Shown here: positions 44,304-55,513 of the stretch, piece after piece
How the letters are laid out: every line of letters begins with the position of its first letter
Position numbering within the stretch: position 1 is the first letter of the stretch
NCBI GenBank assembly: GCA_022813965.1
Contig: JALDZS010000068.1
Location: 1-64,000 of the forward strand
Source: Toensbergia leucococca
Lineage: Eukaryota
Length of the DNA stretch: 64,000 bases
Direction of reading: 5' to 3'
Position numbers and translations under genes: made by a program
The notes under the pieces: generated by a model
The model's database searches: none
What the model was told of the DNA's origin: nothing
What the model saw: the letters and a program-made list of their open reading frames with translations, nothing else

Positions 44304-47300
44304 GAATTGGGACATGGGATGGGCTACGGCAGGATTGGGATTTAGAAAAGGCTTTGGGAGGATCAAGCATAGCGAAGTGCTCGCTTTGCTTTGGGCATTT
44401 GGATTGAAATTTAGGTATCTACGGCGAAAGTGCAGGATGAGGTTTACGTGAAAAGTGGAAGATGATGTATGAACAGAGCAGGACTCAGAAGTGGAATTGG
44501 CATGTGCGGTGATGAGGTATGGAATGATACGGTACGGATGCATGTGTGCATGTGAAGTGTGGAGTATCATGCAGGAGACGTGATGGGATGCAGATAATCG
44601 GTTTTGCATTGAGATCTGTGGTCGAGCGTCATCGGGATGCGTTTGTGATGCTTGGCATGGGATATTCGCATAATACAATCTTTTCGATCGAGGCCCTCGG
44701 TTCGGGAGTATTCTTTCATTAGTTCCTACTTTCAGATGACAGTATTAGGTAGTATTACGGGCATACAGCGGCGCCATGGCAGAAGCGTCATCGGGCTAGG
44801 CCGGGGCGGGATTTCGCTTGGGATTTCGCTTGGAATTGGGACGAGATTGAGTTTGGGTTTGGGTTTTGGGTTGTCTGATTGTCTTTGGGAATGTACAGGG
44901 ACTAGCACTTCGGCGGATGGATTGGTCATCAGAAATGGATCAGTGGTGCAGTGGTGCAGGAATGGGGAGAGACAGCAAGGATGTTGGATGCGCCTTTCCC
45001 ACTCATCTATTCCCGACAGCCGGTGACGATGGAGTACAGGCTCGGTAAGCGCAGCGATGAGGTACAATGCATGAACGACTTCCAGTCCAGTCCCGACGAT
45101 TCTGACCATCTTATTAATAATCATGTACTCGGCATTATCATCATGACATTACCTCTTGTCGGCTCTACCCACCCTGAGTCGTTGCCTACCGTGCCTATCT
45201 TACCTATTCGAGCTTTGAGCGAAGGAAAGTGTATTCTATCGATGCACTGGGCGGGGATATATTACGGGTCACCGAAGTGATCCCAGGGAGTCGGGTCCTC
45301 GATCCGTGCCTTCCTTGTCCATCTCAAGCCACACGAAGTCTAATAAGTCGAGGTAGAGCTGATGACTAGTGATGAGCAGCAGGGACCGCTTATGACAGGT
45401 CACGCGATACCACAAGCAGAGATGTGAAGCGAGTCAGCTGCATGCCGGGAGCCACCAAATTCCAATAGCCATCCCTGCAAACGGCGAGGCCGGTGGAGCT
45501 GTGACAGAAAACAGAAAACCGAAAATGTGGACGGCCCACCATCCCTGGGCATTGGCCATGGTCGTATGCGCCATTATCCCATTATTCATTATCCATTATC
45601 CTCGAACAATGCAAAGCCCGTAATTTCACCTGCTGCAGTTCATATTGCGACAATTCGTTCATCTTACTCATCGATGCAGTACCAACCGTTGGATCTACGT
45701 GCGTCATCATCTGAAACATTCCGTGTGATCTGGATCGCCAGAGACCCCCTTGTGAAGCACAAGCGACAATCTTTCCGGACGCTTGCGCTCGAGGTGGAAA
45801 ACCATGGCTTTCCAAGAGGCACTGATCCTGCCCGTGGTAGCGGCATGTTAGCATCGTATTGCGCGCCTCAACCGTTGTTTGGAACAAGCCCACAGTCTCA
45901 ACATGGTAATCCACAGCAGAGGCTGGCATGCTCTTGTCCTATTTGATCTCAGATCAGGTGTGATGACTGCTGTCGATTCGCTGGCGTGTGATGACAACCC
46001 ACATTCTACATCCCAGCCTATTTTGCTCTCCGATTTTAGCGTCACAGCAACTATCCTCGGGCTCATCTGCCGCCTACACCAACAGGGAATTGGGGACCGG
46101 TTGAGTGGACAGCTTGGAAGTTGGATAGTGAGGGGTCAAGGGCCTAATAGGAATGCCGTTACTGTATGACCTCACTAGTCGCACATGCTCGGTGTTCGAC
46201 TGTGGGGGCCAGGGCAGGGCCTTTCTGCTGCAGTTTGAGAAGGACTTGAAGCGCGGGTTAAGGGAAGATGACGAGGACAAGACATTGGCCAGGGGGCGAC
46301 ATGCAACGTTGTGCCTCGAGAAGCGACAACAGCCTTTTGCGGACATGCAAATCCGGCAGGGATGGCCGTGGACTCGGGTCTAGGCCTTCCCAGCGCCAGG
46401 GTTGACGACGACCATGACATATGCAGACACACTACTGAACCAGTTAGTCCAGCCTGGGCTGGCTGAACCACCATGCCAGCAGGCTTGGCGATAGCCATGA
46501 ACCTGCCATCAGCATGCACGCATTGGGACCGCTGAATGACGATGCACCCACGCTCGGAATCGAGAGCGAGACAGGAGACAGAAGACAGGAGTGGAGACAG
46601 GAGACAGGAGACGGGCAATGCGTGCTTGCGACTGGCCGAGTCATGCCAACTGCATTTGCAACTGTCCCCTCGGGATCCCTGGCGTTGATCATTCAGTATT
46701 TGTGTTTCTGATCTTGGGCAGGCCTGATTGCGAGTGCGCAATTCCGCTACCCCCGCCCATTCAGACAGATCTGGATCCGGCGCTGTTCCGTAGGGTAGTC
46801 TGAACTCGTACAAGTCTACGGACATGCTTCCCAAAAAAGAAATGCTGCTAATCGCTCAGCGACGCCTCTTGCCTTTCTCAACCCAACGCTTGCCCGCATT
46901 CTGTCTGGCTGTCCTGGCCGGTTTCCTATTCTGCGCACGTCCATCCTTGAGCGTTGGACTTTGGCTCCTCCCGGGACCAGTAATGGAGCAAAATGAGGTC
47001 CAGATATCGCGCTAGCCCTTTATCCTTGCTTTCAACCCCACTGACATGTCCGATCTAAGATCTCGTTTCTCCGAAGCGTATCATGTATTCGCACTCTTGC
47101 CGCTCCTATTCCCACCGTTTCTTCCAACCGCTCGTTCATTGTCCATTGTCCTCTCAGGCGCCAGTACATATCATGACATTGATCCTATAGTCGCCACATC
47201 TGACTCTTCTACCGTCCCAACTTGCATCAACTCGTATAGTAAACAATCTGTATGTTGATCTTCTGCTGTTCATCTACGTTCTGATGCTTACCCCAATATA

Positions 47301-47338
47301 GTTGGTTGTGTCTGGAAATCTTGTGCCACCTTTTCATT

Positions 47339-48262
47339 ATGGGATCTCATAGACGAGGACCTTGGTCGCAAGCTGAGGACTCATATCTTCTTCGACTGGT
47401 CCAATCCCAAGGAGCCCATAATTGGGTTAGGATATCTCACCTGATTGCGTCAAGATCTCCAAAGCAATGTAGAGAACGCTTCCATCAAAATTTGAAACCC
47501 TCTTTGAATCACGATCCCATCACCCCTGAAGAAGGCATTCTGATTGAACGGCTCGTTGGTGAGATGGGCAAGCGCTGGGCAGAGATTGCACGTCGGCTTC
47601 GAGGTCGAAGCGACAATGCTGTTAAGAATTGGTGGAATGGGGGTATGAACCGCCGACGACGGCTTGTTGTCCGAAGTGAAGGAACCAACCGATCCGGAAA
47701 GGACTTTGATGAAAAGATAGAGTCACTATCGTTCGCACGGCCCGTCCGTACTGCTGAGCGTTCGGTTGGGAGCATCATGATCCCTCCACCTAGAAGACCC
47801 ATTGAAGCACCGTTGACCTCACCCACCACCTCAGAGGTATCCGTGGCCGATTCCGTTGGTGAAGCACCCTCCTTGATGTCAGATACCAGCTCCAACGTCT
47901 CAACATCGCCAAACGTGGCACGTATGTCGTCCATTGAATTGCCACCTTTGATAGGAACACGCGCAGAGACTCGTCGTCCAAGCCTCGTTCTTCACCTAGG
48001 GAGCAACGATTTTGTGCCAAACTATGACGGCCTTTCACCAAGATGCGTCGATCGACATACGCCTTCCTCGACGATTCAACATTCACTGTATCAGCTAGCT
48101 GAATTAGCCACCAGTGCATCACCAGCAGAGCATCGCCAAGATAGGACGTCGTTTCCGTCCCAAGAATCGGTGAATTTACCCTCGTTTCAGTCTCTTACGT
48201 GTATGCCCCACGCTGCAGACGCCCGAGATACGAGGATGAGAATGTCCGCACTACTCTGCTGA
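47339..48262 (+). CDS. flbD: R2R3-Myb transcription factor, FlbD/Rca-1 type
   Basis: HRRGPWSQAED...NWVRIS...RSPKQCRERFHQNLKPSLNHDPI...KRWAEIARRLRGRSDNAVKNWWNG; C-terminal RMRMSALL motif. Confidence 0.9.
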   Translation: MGSHRRGPWSQAEDSYLLRLVQSQGAHNWVRISHLIASRSPKQCRERFHQNLKPSLNHDPITPEEGILIERLVGEMGKRWAEIARRLRGRSDNAVKNWWNGGMNRRRRLVVRSEGTNRSGKDFDEKIESLSFARPVRTAERSVGSIMIPPPRRPIEAPLTSPTTSEVSVADSVGEAPSLMSDTSSNVSTSPNVARMSSIELPPLIGTRAETRRPSLVLHLGSNDFVPNYDGLSPRCVDRHTPSSTIQHSLYQLAELATSASPAEHRQDRTSFPSQESVNLPSFQSLTCMPHAADARDTRMRMSALLC

Positions 48263-51232
48263 GGCAACGACCTTTGTCAGTAATGTTCCTCATATCTAGT
48301 AGATATCTACGCATATTGAGATGTCACATGGATTTCCTTCTCGTCTAGGTAGGCCGGCGTTCACCTTAAAGAATAGCAGGAATTTAGAAGGATCGTCTTC
48401 ACGGCAGGAAGCCCTCGCTCTGCGACATTCAGCGTACTAAACGCCGACCGTTTTCTTCCATAACATAATACCCACATCTATTTGGCTTCATTACTTGCTT
48501 CACCACTTGGAGGCGTCGTCGGATATAGGTCGAGAACGGCATACTTGGGATGCCTTTGAAGCAATATTCTTGTCGGGCTAGTCGCTACTGGTTGCTCTCA
48601 AAGTTTTTCATCTGCTCTGTAACTAATTATGCTAGAGGCGTTCCCTGTCCATAATAAAATCCTGATGACCTTCAACATCTTGTCTCAAACCATCATCTTA
48701 GAAGCCTATTCAAAACTTTCTCACCATGCGTCGCATAATCGTGCGAAAGAAGTCCGTCGGTGACTACCACGGAAAAAGCTACGGGCCAAGGTGCAGAACC
48801 ACTGGTGCAGGCTCAGTTGTACGGAATCTCCAGAGACTTCAGCTTCCCTCAATGAAGGCAAAAACGATGGTGATATTCGAACTTCTGTCCATCATGCTCC
48901 ATGAAGTTCCGACGCAACGACCTCTTGGGCTTTGGCAACCCATCGCTGAGCCTATAAGCTCAATCGAGGGACCTGGCCAGTCTGACAGCTAAGCACGCCA
49001 CTAACATTGGAAGAGCTAGTAATGTCTTCACCATCGTAGATGGCCTCCTAATATATGCGCCTTACTCCACACAATCCTGGCGTGCTGAATCACGAATCCC
49101 TCATGAGGCTCACACAGCTGCGCGTACTTCATGGTTGTGGTTGTCGTACCTTTGGAGTCCTTCTGCTCCGGGCTAGTCAAGTCGAGTCCTAGAAGCACAG
49201 TGTCGATAACTCTGCCGTCCTCTGCGGTGGGCAAAGTTCCGAAAGTCAAAAGCACCGTCGTTCGAGAGAGGTGCGCTTTCATGTCCAAGAGACTTCGGCT
49301 CTCGTTAGGAAAACAGTACGATATTAGAAAGCCAGGTAATCCATCAAGATTGAAGGACTATCATATGGCGGTGCCGGGGAAGGCAAGGCTGTCAGGCTTC
49401 TAATACAGAGGAAAGGAGCCTGGATCTGCATGTACAACCTTCTACTCTACGCTGGCCTTTGTGCGCATGCTTCTTCAGATCTATGAAGTTGAAGACCAGC
49501 CATCTAATCTACGACCAGTCGCTAATGTGAGCTTCGAAGCTGGAAGAATTACGGAGTGCAGCTTTTTGGCAACATATTTCCACGCGGGTTGTTTCATAAC
49601 TCAAGTCTTGGGCATGCGCCCTTTACAGCTAGTACTTTGGATGAACCCTTTCTACTATACAAAAATTGCGTGAAACAAACTCAAGGAGATTGCCCGTTCG
49701 TTATCCCATCCTTTACACTCCTCGTCGTGCACTCGATATAATCGGTTATCTTGTTTCTTCGCAAAGCTATCACTTACACGAATCTTATTACACGCTCGTA
49801 GATTTTGTCAAATTTAAGTCTATCCAGTTTTAATCATCACCCATGGTCCCTCATACCTAGACTAATGACTTTGATGTCCTCCTGATTTCGCCCTTCAGAG
49901 TATTCTACCTTTGCCTTGGCTAGAAATGTGGGTCAGAATCGATTCGATGACGTGCAAAGCCAGCGCAGCACGGAGCAAGCCTAGTCTGGCTTAACGCAAT
50001 GTACTTAGAGTAGTAGTATGAGTAGTCGATGATAGCATATATCACAAGGATGCTAGCAGCAGGCTAGTAGCCAGTAATGAAGGTGCCATTCATGGAAAGC
50101 TGGCCGAAGGATCCATGTCTGTGCAATACGCTTGTGAAGAAAACACTGAGCCAGCAACTTTACCGCCAACGGTATTGCCCGATGAGAAAGATCGATGTCT
50201 GTATGTGCAATAAGTAGACTTGGGCTCAATCAGCAGACTCTGGAATGCAGAACTACTCCAGTACTTTCTCTAGCTCCAAGCCAAAATTAGGAGGTCGTGC
50301 TCATGTTGTGATTGACCAATTTCTTTTTATGATCGACTCCTCGGTACCGGTCTACTGTATCGTGCTTTGATCGTCGCTCAACAGACTATGCACAACCGCA
50401 TCTCGCCCGTATATAGAGCGGCATCGGACAGTTCTTAGCCACGCCATCATATGCGCCAATAATCATGTGAACTTGTACTAGAATCGATCATCCAGACCAT
50501 AGCCCTGATTTCTCGGTTCTCGCTACACGGATGCTGTTTTTCCGTTGTGGCGGCCCGAGGCGCTATCTAAGCGATTCAAGATAGCCGGCGCTACCAGACG
50601 TTTGTCGGCAATCGGAAGATCAACGACCAAGATGGATATCGAGGATGTCTGATAGTATGAAGATGCATTCGCCCATGGCACCGTCTTTAGGAAGAGGAGA
50701 GGGATTTGAGATGGAGATATTGTCGTGCTGGTGACGATGGTGTTTCGGAAAGCTTAGAGCAGATTTGAACTTTGTGATCAGCTTCGTGAATATCAAGCGT
50801 AAGGGATTCTTGAGATATTAGCATCTTGTCCAGCAAGGACATTTTGGACATTCTGTCTTGCTTTACCTGAAGCCGAGTAATTGAATGCGTTCCCAAAACT
50901 TTTAGTCGCCTTGCATAGTACAACAGATAGACGTCAATGCTAAGCGCTCCTCCATACAAAGCATGAGACGCAGAAAGTAGCTGGACGATATCTATCCAAA
51001 AGCAAGGGCCGTAGGAACTTTGGAGATGCAACGAGGCTACTACATTGTGGAGTGGCTCGCGCCTTGTTTAGAGTATGCGGTGGCAGAATTCAATGTTGTT
51101 GGCAAAACACAGCGTATTGTCCATAGAGGAAGTGATCCTATTGACTCTGTTAGTGTAGACCATTGTAAACCAGCCACATAATTTTCTCAAAAACAACGTC
51201 GAGTTTTTCCTACATTCTTTCGATAATTCTAC

Positions 51233-51631
51233 CCATATACCATCAAATACACACAAGACTCTTTGTACATTCCTACCTTGATCGCTGTGCGATTTTTCCG
51301 TTTCCTTTGCAAGGTTATCCACGAACATCGACGAGAATCTTACCAAAGCAGGCTCAGGCTTTGTATGCAATAGCAAATACAACACGGATTGTTCAGGGAC
51401 TGGTCCCCATGTTTTCCCAAGCACAATACTTCCATCCTTTAACCATATAACACCGAAGACACTCTGTACATTCTGCACCTTTCTATTTCGATCGCTGTGC
51501 GATTTTTCAATCTCCATTATAGATATTTCCACCGGCATCGACGGCCGTTTTATCTGAGCAGGCTCAGACTTTATATGAGAAAATACATACCTCACGAAGC
51601 GTTCAAGGACTGGTCTCCTTGTTTCCCCAAG
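51233..51631 (+). repeat. Gap-free 210-bp-period tandem duplication; probable coding relic
   Basis: gatcgctgtgcgatttttc, agcaggctcag.cttt.tatg and gactggtc.cc.tgttt.cccaag recur exactly 210 bp apart. Confidence 0.8.
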
Positions 51632-51753
51632 TATAGATCTGGGTAGACATAATATTTAATTTGTAAGTTAATGTGTCTCTTGCTCATCATTGACGTGCGC
51701 TGACGGTATCGAGTTACCTTTAGTCAAGTCCTCGTGACGTTGACACGAGAACA

Positions 51754-54688
51754 ATGGAGCCTAGCCCCTGGAGACCTGGAACCGGAAGTGCTGCAATAAG
51801 AGTAAGTCAAAGTGTTGCTTGGCGTCTTCTGCAGTTTTCGGTTATTGAATGGGCGGTGGCAGAATCAGACATTGCTTAAGACGCCAATTCTCGAACCGAA
51901 CATCGATCCACCGCGCCAAACTTGCACACTTTTCTACCCAGATTGCAATTGTGCCGTTGGCCAACCTGCACAGGATCCTTCACGTGGTGTTAGATACTCT
52001 GCTCACGACGTTGTAAACCCACCCCCGCCTCAAGACAATATTCTGCACCCTTTCTGGAAACCCAAAGATAGAGATATCCTTGGCCGTCCCCAAGGCTATG
52101 GTAACAATATTTTCGAACTTGCCGAAGACGATCTCGATCTCTTCGGACTTGCTGAAGACAACGATAACGATAACCTCAGACTTGCCCAAGGGTATTATAA
52201 CGACATCCTCAGACGTGCTGGAATGCTTTCTCCACCACTTCCAGGACAGAGACATAGGAACGATAACGATGATTTTGGACTCGCCCAAGGCTACGATAAC
52301 GATATCCTCGGACGTGCCCAAATGCCCCCTCCACCACTTCCAGGACCAAGACATGGGAACGCAACAGCTCAGGTTCCTGCCGTCGAGAATGCAATTAATC
52401 CCAATCCACCTGGTTTAAAGTCCACAGGAACAAATGCAACAGGCAATGCATCAAAACCAACAAAAAAACACAAGCCAAGAAGGGGTTATGCTTGCGAATG
52501 CGGCAAAGCAGACAGTAAGGTAGATGATGGATTTATGGTACAATGCGAAAGAGTACAGCATGGCGGTGCACAAGGAGGATGGTTCCATATCAGCTGTGCT
52601 GGGCTTACTCGGGACACCATGCCACCAGATGGAGGTAGGGTTGCAATTGGTGATCTTTCTTAAGTGAACTTACTAATCGTGCATTCAGAGACTTTTTGGT
52701 GTTTTGAATGCCAAGGCGAAGACACCTCTGATGACGAAAACGAGAATGCTGTGGATGTGAACAGAGGGAAAGCCAAAACGCGTCCTGGAGAACAATTATC
52801 CACAGAGTTTGCCAAAGAAACGACGAGACACTCGACCTTGATGCCAGAGCCTGCCAAAAAGAAGACGCAACGCACGACGGTACACTTCAACGACGAGAAT
52901 GAGGAGCATAGCGATTCCTCATACGTTCGTCGTGGTTCACGAAGAGAAGTCGTGTTTAAAAAGAGGAAACGCACATTCAGAAACTCCTCCGAGGAAACAA
53001 TAAGTGAGAGCGACGGGGATACCGAATTCGAAGACCTTTCCCGTACGCGCAGACGTAAAATCACAAAACGTCCTGCTCAGCGAGCATTCTCCGAGCCTGC
53101 TAGTAAAAAGGCAAAACGCAGTGGTAGATCCAGAGGCACTGTAGTTGAAGTCAGTCAAGAAAGCAAGAAGCAGATAGTTCAAATGGGGTTCACTCCTTCG
53201 CGAGCGACAAAGGCACTCATGGAGGCGGGTGGAGATATCAGTCGGGCTCTTGACTGGCTCTTTGGCCATCCTGATGATCAGGGTGATCTTGAGGATGATA
53301 ATGCCGCACGAAGATCCGCTACGCCTGCCGAGGAAAAGACGCAACGAGAGACTAAAAACGTTGACATTGAAGATAAGGATGATGAGAACAACGGTCGTGA
53401 TAAAAACGATGTCCCGCCTCCTATTGATAGAGCTAGCAGAAAGCGCCCGGGTTGGAAGCCTCCTGTTCCCGAAGTTGAAAACGCTGATAACGAACATGAG
53501 AATAAGTTGGCTAGCATGGACGACGACTTTCCTCCCGTTGTCAGATCCAAAGGCAGAAAGCGCCCAGTTTGGGTGCCATTTCCCGAGCCTGCCAAAAAGC
53601 AGACCAAACGCGGGACCAAGAAATTTGATGACAAAGACGAGAATGCGGAGAGCAACAGTGATACTGAAGACGACGACTTCCCTGGTAAGGATAGATCTAA
53701 AGGCAAAAAGCGTCCTGCTGCGCAAATGCTTTCCAAGCCTGCCACCAAAAAGGTCAAACGCCAGAACAAGACATTTGAGGACGATAATAATTCTGAGAGT
53801 AATAGTGATGATGAGGACGACGACTTGCCACTCATGGATAGATTTAAAGGTAAAAAGCGTCCTGCTGCGCAAATGCTTTCCAAGCCTGCCACAAAAAAGA
53901 CCAAACGCGACACCAAGAAGTTTGACGACGAGGATGATAATTCCGAAAGCAGCAGTAGTGATGAGGACGACGACTTGCCGCTCATGGATAGATTTAAAGG
54001 CAAAAAGCGTCCTGCTGCGCAAATGCTTTCCAAGCCTGCCACAAAAAAGACCAAAGTCAAGACCAGAAAATTTGACGACGAGGATGATAATTCCGAAAGC
54101 AGCAGTAGTGATGAGGACGACGACTTGCCGCTCAAGGATAGATCTCGAGGCAAAAAGCGTCCTGCTGTGCAAATGCTGTCCGAGCCTCCCACAAAGAAGA
54201 CTAAACGCGGAACTAGAATGCCGCGAAACGCTTCGGCCACTCCGAATGAACCTAGACCAGCGCCCTCCCGGTCAACAACATTTTGGACTGACGAAGAGAA
54301 AACTGCAGTACAAACACTGATGCGGGAGGTCATCCGGGAGAATCAAGTAAATCTCACGGAGCAGAGATGGAAGGTCATTGCCGAACGTCTCCAACAACGT
54401 TATAATATATCGAGAACACATACTGGAGTCAAGAACTATTGGAACCGTGAGGGCCGGGAAGTGACTGGGATTGATGAGCGTAGGAATCAGAGACCTGACA
54501 AAATGGTGACTGGAAAGCAAGATCCAGCATCGCGGAGGATAGCCAGGTCGAAGGCGCGAAAATCTAAAACGCCTGGCACAAAGGACGAAAGTGACTCGGG
54601 TAATGACGTTGAGAGCAACGGCGGTGATAGTGACAGAGGTGATAGAGGCGGCAAAGATGACGAGTTCGATGCTTATGCTTACTTTTGA
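51754..54688 (+). CDS. Putative chromatin protein: PHD finger + UBA + basic/acidic 50-aa tandem repeats + Myb/SANT-like domain (3 exons)
   Basis: Introns 51802-51862 and 52635-52688 give one frame. The second intron joins CECG...MVQCE...WFHISCAGL...PPDG|ETFWCFEC (PHD). UBA: QIVQMGFTPSRATKALMEAGGDISRALDWLF. Myb-like: WTDEEK...RWKVIAERLQQRY...GVKNYWNR. Confidence 0.82.
53519..54210 (+). repeat. Coding minisatellite, ~150-bp (50-aa) units
   Basis: gacgacgactt starts at 53519, 53669, 53816, 53966 and 54116. Unit DDDLPLMDRFKGKKRPAAQMLSKPATKKTKRDTKKFDDEDDNSESSSSDE. Confidence 0.95.
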
Positions 54689-55513
54689 ATGCCGTCCTAC
54701 CTTCAACGGTCGACAGTCAGCTTCTACACCTGATAGTAGTAATAAAAGAAGACTCTCCAAAGAAAATCACTACGTAGATCTCTACCTGAGTGATGTGAAA
54801 GTCCGCAATTATGACGAAGTGAATCAAAAGTGGATATAAATCATAAGAGGAATTGGATCAGATTTGAACAGATGACTTTTTTTCTTACCAAATATCCTGA
54901 TTCAATTCTGGCAGGGTAAATCTTCGGCCTCCAAAGGAATATATAGGCATAATCCTGGTCTTACCTATGCCTCAAGTTCACCCGGGGCTTTTTGCGGCGT
55001 GGCTGGATCATGGTGCCGGCGTCACTCTGATGACGAAGATGAGCCGGCCAGAAAGAAGACAAAGTATCCATACTGAAGACAGGGATCGCAACTCTGGTCA
55101 CGATGATGAGCCTGTCAGGAACAAGATGAAACGCCCGACCCAAAAACCGATTCATGATTAGTTCTATAATGACTCCAGTGCAAAGCCTCCCCTGAGGACG
55201 ATTCACATGGCCAGGAAATGTCCTACTGTGCGAAGATACACTGTCGAGATATGGTTAGCCTCAACAGCAATAGCATTTGTAGGCTTGAAATTTTGCATGT
55301 TACCTTAGCCGGATAAACCGAGGCTCCGGTTTCCGTTTGATTTTACTGCTGCACCTCGATCGTACGGAGTACCTTACTATCAACAACACGATAACCTCAC
55401 AAGAGCCTTTTCAACCAACCATCTTACACGACCAGTCAGAACTTGTCATGGAAGTCTCATAATTTCATCCGTGTCTATCACCAACTTTGTGTTACAGTGT
55501 GGCACGTACTGCC

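Noticed and set aside
44256..47258. Numerous 60-220-aa ORFs upstream of flbD
   Set aside because: They overlap on both strands with no domain or splice support; more likely UTR/promoter DNA.
53519..54210. CRISPR-like regular repeat
   Set aside because: The units are contiguous in-frame coding repeats without unique spacers, in a eukaryotic context.
52937..54333. Three long alternative ORFs (411, 363, 351 aa) overlapping the repeat gene
   Set aside because: They are shadow frames kept open by the repetitive, compositionally biased coding array and have no independent domains.
54967..55161. Small ORF faintly echoing the upstream basic/acidic repeat
   Set aside because: The similarity is only compositional and too weak to support by eye.
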